Assembly (NCBI GenBank): GCA_000708835.1
Contig: DF237106.1
Span: forward strand, 22,370-86,369
Direction of reading: 5' to 3'
Length of the DNA stretch: 64,000 bases
From: Klebsormidium nitens
Taxonomy: Eukaryota > Plantae > Klebsormidiophyceae
In this document: one piece after another, positions 1 to 13,084 of the stretch
Layout of the letters: each line of letters begins with the position of its first letter
Position numbering within the stretch: the first letter of the stretch is position 1
Notes under the pieces: model-generated
Told to the model about the DNA's origin: nothing
The model's input: the letters and a program-made list of their open reading frames with translations, nothing else
Databases searched by the model: none
Made by a program: the position numbers and the translations under genes

Positions 1-1087
1 GAGGGGAGCACTTTGCTGATGTCCAGCCTGGAGGCACAAAGAAGTGGATTGCATGGTTGCTTTTGGAGGGGTGCGCATGGGTGCGCATGTGACTGGCGGT
101 CAAAGGCAGGTCTGCAACCGCTGAAGCTGGAGACAAGGCACCCTTGTCCTCTTTTCCTCTTTGCTCCGCTTCTTTCAAGAGAGAGCAGTCTTGAAAGGAT
201 CACCTGCAAGATCCTCCCTAGCTGGAAGGTTGTCTTCAAGCGGGCATGTGCCATCTATTGCTCGCACAGTCATAGCATTGTCCATGCCCTTCTTTCCTTG
301 GGGAGCTGCACATCTGACACAGCATTGTCATTGCAAGATAGGACATTTCCCGGAAACTTCTTGTAGTTGGGAGCGGCCGCATGGGGTTTTATGTTGGGAA
401 ACACACCGCACCATAGATCTAGTGAGGTGTTCGAGATTCTGTTCACCTGCAGCATTGTGTCTAATGTTTGCATATAGCTCGTGATATATGTTCTTGCCTT
501 TTTGCTAGTTGCACTCAATGGCATTGCGGATTCTGTTTTGCAAATGACAAGAAACTGGGCAGGCAAGTTCAGCTCAGCTTCTTAATGCAATAAGTTCTGT
601 GAATGCAATAGGCCATGCAGATTTCAATGCCAAAAACTGAGCCAATCGAATGTCAGGTTGCCGGCATCTACATGCATAATTGCTGGTGACGGTGAAAGCT
701 TCATCTTTAGGGCACTCTAACTAGATTCATCCTGGTGCCTGCAGGTCTGTTTCGCAGCTGCCCTAAGTGTCACAAGGGCCCAAGAAGGCAGCGCGGTGCG
801 TTCTAGACGTTGGGGGGCATTGCTTCAGTGACACGCTTTGGGCTCCACTCAGTCACACTCTCTGCAAGCCGTGTGTTCAAAAGATCGCTGAGCTCCGAGG
901 CTCTTCAAGTAGTTTCAAAAAAGTATGAACGTGGTCAGAGCTAGATAAGTCCCTGTCCAGCTAGGTTGACAGTACTTGCAGCGACTCCGTAAGCCAAGGG
1001 GTAGCTGCCTAAGTAGAGGGTTCAGGATCAAAAGTAAAAGGGATCAGCAGCATAACCACAGGGTCTAGCAGCGGATCGAGTGCAACA

Positions 1088-4000
1088 ATGCTCCGTCCGC
1101 GGCCAAACCGACTGGCCCCGCTCCATCTGGGTGAACGCTCGCTGAATACCATGGAAAACGACGAAAACTGCGACCCGCGCCCTAACCTGCACCGAACCCT
1201 CTCCAAAACCCGGTCTAACCCCGACGCGCCCCAAGCAAAGCAGCGCAGGCTCAAGAGAGCGCCAGACAGTGTCTCAAGTGTCCCAACTAGTAGCGGCATG
1301 CGCAATGACGAGGGGGTTAGGGGGATCCCTTCGACAACAACGGCGCTTCCTGATCTGCCCTACTACGTTCTGTTTCACATGCTGAGCACGTCGGAGATCG
1401 GGGGCCGGGACTTGGCGTGCTTGGAGAGCGCGGGGTATGCTTTTCGGAGGGCCGCGGACCAGACACCGTATCGGTACCGCTCGATTGCAGAGATGGCTGC
1501 TTATGAGCAGTGCCAGGTGGGTGAGCTGTGCTCGAATTACTGTACATCTGAGGCTTGTCGTTTTCTGGACTTGGCATGTGAGGAAAATTGATCAGGTGGG
1601 CTGTTCTGACACCTTACGCAGCTGAATGATTTCTTCACCTCGTGAGCCAGCATGAAAAGATTCAGGACTGAGCTTGAACGATTATATGCAGTTGTTGACT
1701 TCTATTTGTACTTCGATGGCATGCTGTTCAACTGTTGTGGTACTTTACACTTAGCTTTTTGTGAGAGACTGTACGGACAGATCAATGCACAATCTTAATC
1801 AACCACTTTGGCATGCTCTTAACCAAGTGGTCTATCATCTCCCCAGCTAGCCAGGGCACCCCCTGTGGTTTCTGAAACTGACCGAAGCGCACTTGTTACT
1901 GTATGGGAACCCTGTTGAAAGTCCACCGTGAAAGAGTTCCTGCCATGACCTGGCTCATTTGACGGCACTCCTGCTCGAAACAGGTTCTCACCATATCGTC
2001 TTACCATCCACTGAAGCCCACCCGTCTCCAAAACCCTTGAACAGATTAATGGATTGTGACCTAATTTTCATCAACCTGCAGAGAAGGCCCTGGCTCAAGC
2101 AACTCCCCGAGAAGGTCCAGCTCGCCCTCTTCCACCGCTGCAACCGCAGTTGGAAACGGGTCCTCGCTTACATCGGCGCAGTGGGCAGCTCGACCAACAC
2201 TGATGACCGATTCTCGGGCGGGCAAGTTTCCTCCGGGCAGTACCATAATGTGGCAGTCACTGCGAAGGGGGCCGTTTACACTTTTGGGGGAACGGAGGAG
2301 GGCTGCCTCGGCCGGGGCAGTGTGAACGGGGGAGGAAACATGCCGCGGCCGGTTCCAGCATTGCGCAGGATACGAGTGTTGCAGGTGCGTTCTTATTCTT
2401 GTTTTTCTCAAAATCTTCACGTCTGCCTTGAGTCTGCCTGTGCACTTCTCGTTTTGAACACCTTCTGGGCACTCGAGAAGAGCAATTCAGCTTGTGTATC
2501 TGACGAGCTGTAAGCGACGGTCAGGGCGGAAGTCATGCTGAGCTGGGTATCGTAGGCTTTCCTTTTCAAGTCATTGGTAGTCGAGAGCGCACGGATTTTG
2601 ACAATTTGCAGGTGGGCATTATTCCTCACTTACCAAACGACTTTACTGTCAGAGCCTGTGGCTTCCACCATCACAGGATTCACCCTTTCCTTCGACTGTT
2701 CAGAGGGCCTTACAAAATGATAGGCGCAAACTATTGAAAGCCACGACGTTTGAAAGCCGAAAGGGAGCTAGTGTTCGCCTGCACCAGGTTTGCGTGGTAC
2801 TTCACAAACAAAGCTTTTCACCCTGCGAGCTCTTGGCGGCAGCTGCCGAAACCCAGGCAACATCTTAGGGCGTATTCCCATCTATTCGTTACCCTCGTCC
2901 ACGGGTCAATAACCCACTTTCGTCACAGTTAGCTGTGGCCGTGAACAGTCTCTTGATAGTATTGCACGCTCCAGTGAAGTACTGGTACAGAAAAACACTT
3001 CCATTTCGATAACAGGTTTCGCAAGCACACAGTCGGCCTGTGCCCACCTTCCCGACGGCACTGAAAACGTCAAGCTCCTCTTACTTCTTCCATCCAGGTG
3101 TCGGCAGGCCAGTCGCACACCGTCCTCGCAACTAGCAGCGGCGAGCTGTATACCTTCGGGCTGAACCAGTTCGGGTGCTGCGGGCACGGGTCCTTGGAGA
3201 AGCACCTCGTTCACGAGCCGCGCCTAGTTACCGGCATGGGGGGGGCGAAGGCGGCGCGCGTGTCCGCAGGCATGGCGCACACAGTGGTAAGTAGTGGACG
3301 CTTTATCGGACGATTGCCAAATGGCACCATTCAATCGGACGGCGTACAGCAACGTTGAGGCGAAGGCAAAAAGTACTGGATTTCCGTTGGCTAGGCCTAA
3401 GTCGAGTTGCATCACTCCGCCGGCTCATCCAAACTTAGATCTAGGATTTCAAGTCCTGCTCCCGTACCGATTCTACAGACCGAGACCCGTCCCCACGTGT
3501 CCCCCCGGACAGTCAAATAGCTGAAAATTGACGCAAATTTGACACGTGTCCTGTTGCCTCGCAACTTTGTGTCTCGTTCTAGTCTGTCATTGTTCCCTTC
3601 TTTTTCTTGGTTCCTCACGCTCTCGGGCCCCTTCCCGTCTCCTGCTTGTTTCGTTTGACATTTTGTCGTTTTGTTGCCTAATTGACTTCGTTTTAGTCGC
3701 CTGATAATATCTAACGATGACGAAAGCTTCTAGGCTCGCTGATAAGTCCCAGACCAGTCGTCAGCATTCGCTGGAGTCCGCTTTTCACGATTTCGTCCTT
3801 GGGCCAAGACGGGTCCCCGCCTCAGGGAGCCCGATGCTGCGATTCGGGCTCCCTGAGGAGTGATGCTTTACTTCGATTATGATTCTTGATCAAGTCGAAG
3901 CAAGCAGAGTCCTTCATCTGGTTGTTGAGCAATCAATCAAGCGCGACTGCTTTCAAACCTTCTTGCGGGGAATGGAAATATTGGCTGTTATGAGGAAGCC

Positions 4001-7000
4001 ATCTTAGCCAGGCACTGAGATGTGGGCCGGCGTCGTAACCCAGTGTCTGGACGTGGCAGTTTTCGTCCTGACTTATGTTTTTTATGCCGTACAATTGAGA
4101 GGACAAGTGGTGGTCGTAAAGTCACTCCTTGGACATTCTAGTCCAGAGGTGGCTCGCAGAAACAGATACCACTGGTGCTGACGCGTTGTCACATCATAGA
4201 AAAGACGGAAAAGTCTTGAGTCTTCGATCTAGACCCCGCTTTTATTCAGATAATCTCAGTATCAGCGGTCCAGATCGATCCATAGCCCAGTTTCTGGCCG
4301 TCGATACCGGGGTTAATGAACGAAGGCGAAGTCCAGGTCGGCGTGTTAGGGTGCACCTTCTTAGTTGTCTTCATGGATCCTGACAGGATCGCCCCGTCGC
4401 TTCGTAGTAATCAAGATCCTCAGGCTTCAAGTCTCCTATTCTTCTAAAGACGACCCGTTGCTTGCGTCACCCTTAACGTCAAATTTAATCGCAGAATCCA
4501 GGAAGTCAGAATCAGCATTCGTGGCAATGACGATAAATATGACTGAGTGGACCCACTCAATGGGAGTTTGGTGCGTTCTGATGCCACGATTGCAATCACT
4601 GTTCAAAAATCTGCGCTCTAGTAAGTGCTTACGAGGATGTAGCGTGCTGAAATTTTTGATTGTTTACCTGCTAGCCTCGTTAGCTTCTTTCTACTGCCTT
4701 GCATTGATTGCCATGAGCGGCGTAGAACCGCGCAGTCGATAAGTTATGTCCTGGTGATGCTAACTGAGGTCTTCAAAAGAATCCGAGCAGTGTTCTTTAG
4801 ATTCTTTTGAGCCTTCGGATTCCCTCCTTGCTCCGTCCCCTTCCTTGTGCATACTTAAGTTATGTTGTTGCATCTCTTCCTATACTTAACCAGGCAGCCT
4901 AATGGCGCTCTTTGTTGGTCACCAACAACAAGCTTTTGTCTCCTTAACCTAGGTTGAGTGACTGCTCTGAAGTCCCTAAGCAAGGGATCGATTCACAGGC
5001 TTTTTAATCAGACAGTGTCTTGGCGTCGTCAGTTCCGTACACTTCAACCCTCGTTCTGGACAGTTTGATTCCAGGACACACGAAAGCTGCGGTTTCATTG
5101 CCGCACGTTGGAGTCGAGCGCTTGTTATGCTTGTTTTGGTAGGTCCAGAGCGCCTCAGTGCTGCGGGCAATGATGACGGTTTGGTATGGGGTCCCCTTCC
5201 GGCACACGTATGCCAATTCTAACTCCTCAGACGCCACGGTGCATCTCAGATCATGCCGCAAAATACTCTCAAGTACGTTGTTCCGGCGCAGCTTTGTGTT
5301 TGTACGTTGGTACTTTGATTGTTTTGGTGGTATTCTAGCCTGCCTGCGAGAATGGAAGGAAGGAGAACAGGGACTCCCGGCGGATACCTTAGGAACATCC
5401 TTCCATCATTACCACTTTAATCGACGGTCAGATAAACAGACTCGATCAACCCCACACCGTCGATCCTGGGGGTAATAGTTAAGAGGGGTCTTGTACGTCG
5501 GCTTGGGAGTCCACGTTCTCCCTCCTTCCGTTCGGCAATGATTGGGCGAAAGAAGCCTTTGCAACACTTTCTCGGTTGGCCTTCCTTGAACCTTCTTCAC
5601 TGTGGTTTTTTTGTCGTGGGTTGGCCACTTATCCGTCTCCGTTTCTCTGTGTCGTTGAATCCCAATGCACCTGATTTCCTGGGCGGCCTGCCAGCATGCG
5701 CAGAAGGATTGTCCAGCCGCCAAAAGGTGACACGGTGGTGTTGCAAAAGGCACAACCACTCATGCCCCATTTCTGGGTCGAGTATCAGGGTTCGAATATC
5801 AGGGTTCGAGTATATTGCCGACCCTAGAGTGTCTTCTTTCCAGATCACAAGAGAAGCCCTTCGCTTTGGTGCAATTCTTTTCCAGAGCATCTGTGCCACC
5901 TCTGCTCATGTCAATCTCTGAGCCAGCTTGTCTCTCTGAGCCAGCTGGCTGAGGACGTCAGAAAAAATTTGGGAGGACCAACAACTGGAGTGACTTGTTT
6001 ATGAGACTTCTGGAGACATCGGGCGGACTCGGCTTGTAATCAATTGGTACGGGGTCCATATAGAGAGGCAGCAATGATGCTGGCGAGTTGGCGGACTCTG
6101 TCAAACGTGCCGAATTGCACAATGATATGCTGCTCGACGCGGTTTCTCTTGTTGAAAGCATTTCAATGTTCGTCTCGCCACAATTTCCTGTCTGTTTTCT
6201 TGTTTTTAATGGCGGATTAGCAGCTTGCGAACCACCGCTCAGAGGATTGGACTCACTTATCTGTAGCTGGCACGTCAAGGCAAAGAACTGCGATCAACGT
6301 CATCAGGTAACTGTCTATACTGGATTCTGACTGTTGGTCTCTCACGCCGATTCGCTGTCAATTTGGAGCCTGATGGCCACGCGGTATTGGTTGGTGACAA
6401 AGATGAAGATCAAGAATTAGGCCGCGCTACCAGCGGTGTGCCAAAGAGATTGAGCCAATTGATTTGAAAGATGATGAACTAAGTGTTCTAAAGACTGAGT
6501 TTAATAGCAAGAATTCCTTTCAACACTGGCTATTCTCGCTTGGAGCATATTGAGCTGGGCGGAAGGGAGCCAATCAGTAGACGCTTTCAGGATTGAAGCT
6601 TGCTTTTCACGTTCCGGAAGTGCCGACCATGGGTTCCAGTCGGCGCTGCGCTCGAAATATGCCAATGGATTATCTTGATCAATCCCTCCTTGGCAAAACA
6701 GATCACCAGTAGCGATTGGGTGCTGCCGCTAAGAGCGGATCGGTGACCCAGGCCCAGCAATCACGTTGTCCTCGTTTTCTCAGTTCTTAGGGTGACGTGG
6801 CAATGATTAAGCAAATCTTTGATTTGAGCATAATCAGGAGCGCCTGATTACGATGCCACGACCTAATTCACCTGAAGTACAATCATCAAAAACTCGAGCT
6901 TCTTCTGCCAGTCCTATCAGCGTGACCGCGTCACCTCTCACCCGGCAACTATGTTTCTTCCGACATGCGGGTTAAAGAGTTGTACTTGGACGCTTGCACT

Positions 7001-9250
7001 GAAGATGACGTGGCGACCGAAACCACACGTTTCAGATCCTTGCCTTTCTTCAAATCTCAACCAACTTGGCAAGGATTATGTATGACCATGGGTTGCAACT
7101 CATGATGTTTTGGTCTGATGCCATCACTAGATCACCCCCAAGTAATTCCTTTGAGGTGTTGGTGCTCTTTCGTTTAACCAATATCAGATGACCACGGGTT
7201 AATTAATCCCCAGCATTTGAATCGCGTAGAGTCGCACCCATTTGATGAGTCTCTCACCTCAATCGTCTTTACCAGCTTTGACTCTGACAAGCAAGTTGTC
7301 TTCTCAACCAGCTGCTGAATCCAGTTTCCCTAAACCGCAGGTCGCTACGGATCAGGGAAAGCTGTACACTTTCGGACGCGGCATCTTCGGGCGCCTCGGA
7401 CTGGGCACCGAAGCGGACGAGGCCTTTCCGCAGCTCGTCCAAGATTCCGACCTCGACGACGAGTTCGTAACCCAGGTTTCCGCGGGGGTTAGCCATACGT
7501 TAATCGTAACCCGGGCCGGTAACCTCTTCTCGTGCGGGTACGGGTTGAAAGGGCGGCTGGGCCATGGGGGGGAGGTGAACGAGCTGCGGCCGCGGTTAGT
7601 GGCGGGTTTGCAGGAGGCGGGGGCCCACGTCATGCAGGCGTCAGCAGGGTGAGTTCTTGCTATTCAAGGTCTTAATGATATTCAAATCAGGAACGTGGAA
7701 CACACCACCTTCTGCAGGCCGGACGCTCTTGCGTTGACTGATTGATTGCACGTGATTGCAGAGTTCCGCAGAGTGCTGCAGAGTTTATGTAAAGCAAGAC
7801 GGATGCATTGGAAGAGGTGGTAACCTCAAATGACCGCGTTTCCGAGTGGAAGTTACGCAGTTCAAAGCCGTCTTCGACAATGGGTATAAGGCCCCTCCGC
7901 AGTTCAGAAGGCTCTTGCGCCGGGACTGCTGACGAGCCTGTACAAATCTACAACACCTTATCCTTTCTAAGCAATCTCCTTACCACGTTGTGAATCCTCC
8001 GCCTGCAGCCCTGAGCACTCCGGCGCCGTGACTGCGGACGGGCGCGTTTACACCTGGGGCGGCGGCTGGTGCGGCTGCCTGGGCCACGTGGCCGAGGAAA
8101 ACGAGCTGGCGCCGCGGGAGGTGGAGGGACTTGGAGACGTGCTGGCGGTGCAGATCAAAGTGGGCAAGCGGAAGACGTTCGTCGTATCAGACGTGGGGAA
8201 GGTGAGTCGACGGACCCTGCTTGGCGGGCTGTAGCGCAGCCTGGTAGCGCGTCTGTTTTCGCAACGTTCATGAATGTCTTCGTTCATCTTTCCGATTGGG
8301 GAGGGACTCCGCAAGTCCGTGCAGAGTAGAGTGGTTGCGGCAGCGCTTGTGGCAACGCAAGCTACTACATTCTCAAAGCAGGATCGCTTAGCTCTTCATA
8401 CAATATAAGTCGTTTCCAGCACAGCCATGACAGGAACGTCTTACAGCGTTACATTAAGTTCAAGTCGTACTGAGTAACATTAATTCATTCTTTTTGCAGC
8501 TATGGGCTTTCGGGTGGAGCGCCCTCGGAAGCCTCGGCTATGGCGAGACCGGCTTTGATAAGGTGCCCCATCCGACGGTGGCAGCGGCGCTAGTCGGAAG
8601 CAACGTCGTACAGGCAAGTGCTTCGACGGTTCTGTTTTTCGTATTTACAGCCTGCTTGGATTCTTTGTCGCTATGCGTACAAGCTGAAGGATTGGCGTTC
8701 GGCGTTCCCGTCCGGCTGAGTGTCAAAGAAAGGATTTAGCACGATCGCGCACTGCTTAGGATCAGCCTGAAAGCCACCTTCATCGTCCCGAAGAAAGCTG
8801 CACGTGGGGCGATGCATGTTTGTAAGTGGTCCGCTCCTGAGTCTCAATTCATTCCGTGCTGGGATGGTCAATTAGTGACACTTATTCAGCCAATATTTCG
8901 AACGGCCACTCACTTCGTTGCCCGTTCTGCTGCAGCGTTTTGTATCTTGATCAGTGTGAGCCAGCCGACTTGCTATGCCTAGTCACCCGTTCTCCCGTTG
9001 CTGACGTCAGGTGGGCTTCCTATCAGACGCTGACTTGCACTCGTCAATTTCATCTGACGTCGCCACAATTCCCACGCTTTTGCAGGTGGCCGCCGGACTG
9101 TACCACACGCTCGTTGTCACGCGGGCTGGGGACTCTGCGCGAGTCCTCTCCTTCGGCGACAACGAGAAGGGGCAACTAGGGGTGGCGAGCACGCAGCTCC
9201 CGACCTCGCTGGCGCCGTGGGAACTAGAGGGGCTCGAAATGAGGGGCTGA
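1088..9250 (+). CDS. RCC1-repeat protein with N-terminal F-box-like helical region, 7 exons, ~566 aa
   Basis: Exons 1088-1516, 2082-2384, 3098-3286, 7341-7648, 8009-8201, 8500-8613 and 9086-9250 join in frame. RCC1 repeats are visible (VSAGQSHTVL..GELYTFG..GCCGHG; VSAGVSHTL..GNLFSCG..GRLGHG; VAAGLYHTL..SFGDNEKGQLG). From memory it resembles the plant At3g26100-type RCC1 proteins. Intron 6 (8614-9085) is GC-AG. Confidence 0.9.
3820..3858. repeat. Perfect 15-bp inverted repeat (hairpin) in RCC1 intron 3
   Basis: CCTCAGGGAGCCCGA (3820-3834), 9-nt loop, TCGGGCTCCCTGAGG (3844-3858). Confidence 0.9.
3900..6000 (-). other. Decayed coding-like tract (possible TE relic) inside the 4-kb RCC1 intron
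   Basis: Minus-strand frames read like protein but are broken by stops. Short tandem repeats occur at ~5777-5812. No family could be assigned by eye. Confidence 0.25.
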
Positions 9251-9369
9251 CATCAGTAGCCGGGATGAGAAGGGGCAATTAGGGGTGGCAAGCACGCAGC
9301 TCTCGGCCTCGCTGGCGCCTTGCGAACTAGAGGGGCTCGAAATGAAGGGCTGACGTCGGATAGCCGGTT
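9164..9369 (+). repeat. 103-bp tandem duplication of the RCC1 gene 3' end including the stop codon
   Basis: GAGAAGGGGCAA(C/T)TAGGGGTGGC...GGCTGAC..TAGCCGG occurs at 9164-9266 and again at 9267-9369 with a few substitutions. Confidence 0.9.
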
Positions 9370-9810
9370 CAAAGTCGTAAAGTTGCTCGGGGGAAAGCAT
9401 GGAGTAAAACCGAATGATTGACGCTCGTTATGAGGGTTTCGTGTACAGATATTGCATCTAGGAACTTGTACTCATTTCACAAGAATAGAGCTAGAAGTAG
9501 GTCGTGTAGCATGGTAGTATTGATATAGATGGAAGCGTACCCTTGGTCGCTTCCTCAATCAGTGTCGAGTTGACGCAGAGCAGCAACATCCTTGTTAGTC
9601 AGGTGACAATTCATACACTCGTAAGCCGCTTCTACGGAGTCCGCGCCGTAGCTGGAGTGCGCTACAGCTCTTAATATGGTTCCCTTAAAAATCTTTAAGC
9701 TGGCTGCATTATGTTCCGACCAGTCGCTTCGTTTCCGTTATCTGCGTCCTCAGAGGCGACAATAGGTTCAGAAACTCGCTTTCGAGGAAGTTTGCGCCAT
9801 GGATCGAAGA

Positions 9811-11616
9811 TCATGCTATCAACCATGCAATCTCAGGATGTTTATTCGCGTACAAAAGGCATGCCAGTGTACAAAAGTGAAAGGTGACTCGAGGATTAAT
9901 GGCCGAGTCACATTCCACGTCAAATATCCATCGTTCACGTTGTGCGCCAGCGCACGACGGGCTTGCATGCAATTTGAGATGCTTAGATTGAGCCTGCGTG
10001 GCGTTTTGTGAGCCGGACTCAGAAGAAAGATGCCGTGCAATGGCCGGGAAATGCATCCATGGGCCCGGAGTATACTGCCGCCACGTGCCGTTTGCCTCTA
10101 TGCAAGAGTGCAAGCTGAGTCAGTTCATGCAAGAAAACGCAACACTCTTATATTCATGATCCTGCTTTTGATTTCTCAAGTCAGTGTTCGACTTCGCCTC
10201 GGTCCGTCTTCAATGAGCTACGCCATGATGGTGCTTATACTAAGGTTTCTAAACAATTTTACGTGCGACTCGGCTTCAAGAGACAGCATTTCTGCAAAGC
10301 CGACTTTTGCGACAAGTTGCGACCGTGCCCTTTACCATGCAAGGTTCGAGTCTGTCGCTCTACATCGCCCAATCGCCCAGATTGATAGGCATCCTTGTCA
10401 CACTAACATGCATTCCGCAATCAACAAACCTTGCTCAGAAAGCGCCTCGTCACCTAGCGCCGCACACGCCGTCAGGAACTCGTTCCGGGGCTCCTCGAAC
10501 GGAAACCGCACCTGGAAAAGCGGGATCTCTCCGTTCTCGAACACCATCACCGGGCTGCATTCCGCCATTTTCAGCAGCGGCTCGTACCGGATTCCGGCGG
10601 AATTCAAGCGGAGCGTAAGGTCGGCCGTGCTCGCAAACACTGGCAGGCGCATCGGGGATGAAGCGGCAATAAACACCGCTAAACCCCTCGGGACGGCGAG
10701 ACGGGAAACGGGGAACACGGCCGGGCGGTCGCCTACCGGGTCGGTTTGGGATGCCCGGTTACTTTTTGGGTTAGCGCAGCGGCTCTTGGTGGGAGTCGTG
10801 AAGGATCGGTAGACGCTTTCCGGTGAGTAGGAGAGTGCGGCGAGGACCACCGGAACGGCTCGCAGCTGCGGAAGGGAATGAAGGCACGTCTTGTAAACGA
10901 CAGCTCGTCACATAAAGGGACCCAAGCTTGAGGCCAAATCAAAGTTCTCTAGGTTGCACAGGAATCATGGGAATATGCTCTCTAAGCCGAAAGAGCCTGG
11001 CGACAGTTTCTGACGGGACACCGGAAGAGACTGACTACTTTGAGCCACTCTGACACCGACTGATTGGATTTGGTAACAGCAGAGAAGAGCCCCCATACTA
11101 CTTTTGTACAAGCTTCCGGTTTTGGAAGAATCTATTGAAAATCAGATGCCGCCTTGCGAGGCCCTCTGCTAATTTTCACTACCCAAGCCCTACCCAAGCC
11201 CGTCAAACCATTCATTTCCGTCTTTTCTGGCTTACTACTTGAACCCCACATGCCGAAAGCAATCTGCCAATCACGTCCAAATAGTGCGTTAATGAGCGAG
11301 TATATTAAGCGTCCCCTTTGGCTCTACAACCCTCGCGGTAGAGTCCCGGGAATGACGAGAACGTTGTTCTAACGGTCGACTTACTCACCAGTAGATGCAA
11401 TGCAGATCCCCAACACCTTGAGCCACCCCCTTCTGAAAACGCCTGACGGAGGTTTTTAGCCTTTTGCCTTTGTAAGCGGACGCTGGTCACGTCTAAGAAC
11501 AGCCTCTCTTGCCGTGCCAGCTCCTGGACGATGAACGGGCATGCATTTGGAAACTCCTGCTTTATACGGCGTTGCCTTGCCTCCTCCTCTAAGAGCTGCT
11601 CTAGGAGGCCCACCAT
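9811..11616 (-). CDS. Hypothetical protein, 3 coding exons, ~316 aa, no recognisable domain
   Basis: Exons 11616-11389 (donor GTGAGT), 10865-10430 (acceptor CCCTTCCGCAG, donor GTTTGT) and 10097-9811 (acceptor TTGCATAG) join in frame. A probable 5' UTR intron lies at 11865-11632 (GTAAGT...TTTTCTCCAG). The last exon is the least certain. Confidence 0.55.
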
Positions 11617-11984
11617 AGCGTATCTTTGGCACTGGAGAAAGATAAGCGGTGAAACAAAGCTTCAGGTAGACTTTGAAACTTCAACGAGAGAGCGCCAGAA
11701 CGTGAAGTTAGATGCCAACGTGGCTCCTGAAGTGCTTGGTCAAAACACGTGCAGAAAGCCCTTCTGCATAGACTTAAGTAGTACTTGTGAAAAAGCGCTT
11801 TTCGGCTGATGTTGCAACTGATTGCTTTCAAAGACATGACCACTCGAGCTCCTCGTCAGACTTACCGTATATTTCTATTTTGTCGAAATGGCACGTACAG
11901 ACGGTAAGAACTCGGAACGTCACAAGCCGTTACAGATGTGACCACCTCCATCTCCCGCTGTGGAACATACAGGCGATTAAGAGT

Positions 11985-12095
11985 CAGCGCGCGCCCGCCC
12001 CAAGGAGGCCGGCCGCGGCGCCGCCCACGAGCGCGTCAGCGTCAATCTAGGCTTGATCATGAAAATCCCCGGACGGCGCGCGCGCGCTTTCGCCC
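11985..12095. promoter_or_regulatory. GC/CpG-rich promoter-like island upstream of the orphan gene
   Basis: Dense GCGCGC/GGCCGC tract immediately upstream of the predicted 5' UTR exon. Confidence 0.35.
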
Positions 12096-13084
12096 AGGAT
12101 AATCTATGTGCACCCGTTTGATGTGACCGCTTCCGACTCATGATCTGTAGCGTACACTTACACGAAAGCCCATATATGGTTTTTGTCTAAAGCGGATCGA
12201 CTGATGATTCGTCTTCAAGACGCCCATAAATGCACGATGTTGCTGTCAACATTAACATTAGCGATGTCGGTCCCATCATTCAGCCGCTCGCTACCCCAGG
12301 ATCGGACCGGCCACGTGAATGTTTTCGAAATATTCATCACGCGATTTTGTGGGCAGGAGTCTGGGAAGCTCACAATCGTAGCCTAGCGTACGGACAAGTT
12401 TGATTGAACATAAGAATATCTGGCTGCATGCAGCAGTGCAAGATCGGATACATAAAGCCTGGGGGAGTGTCTCGTTTAGGCAGGTCCACTTTGGCCTCTC
12501 AGCAAACGTACAGGTTCACTTTGGCAGCAAATTTCAAGGTGAATCGACAGAAGATGTGAAGCATTATAATGAAATGCCCGACGAGATATTCATGATTCGC
12601 AGCGCTGCGTTGCTCGATCGACTCCGTCACCCTGCCAAGCATGTGCTTTGGCAGACCGCCTGTTGCCATTCCAAAGACCTCAAGTGCAAAGGCGCGCGCG
12701 GTCCTTATGTGCACAACTGAATTATTTCTGCAAGGTCTACGCTTCCGGCCGCCAATGAAGAGACTGTCTCGGCAGCCCAAGTCGAATCAGGTTGGGAAGC
12801 CTAATGACAATGAAGACAGGAGAAACGGTTTGCAAACAGCAATATCGGGCCCTGTCTGGTTCAAAGTTTACAGTCACTATCCTGATATTGTGTGTCCGCC
12901 TTAAGCATGCTAGCATTTCCATGTATCAAGTTACATTTCTGAGCTTATCTGACAATCTTTCAACTGACCGGCCTTGAGTCACGCTTAAATACCGGGACGT
13001 CCAACTCTATTACCCTACGCAAGATAGATACACTTTCTGTACCGTTCCCGCTTATGCCAAGCTAAAACTTTGATAGTGGTGTGT

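Noticed and set aside
1-1000. Short ORFs at the window start
   Set aside because: No motifs and no consistent exon structure.
4250-5480. TnpB/Fanzor RuvC-like words (INPGID, CGVDRVCLSD)
   Set aside because: Only isolated short matches; no RuvC-II, zinc finger or RuvC-III motifs found in order.
10030-10812. 260-aa + strand ORF
   Set aside because: Antisense to the spliced minus-strand model, which has the better splice-site support; no recognisable domain.
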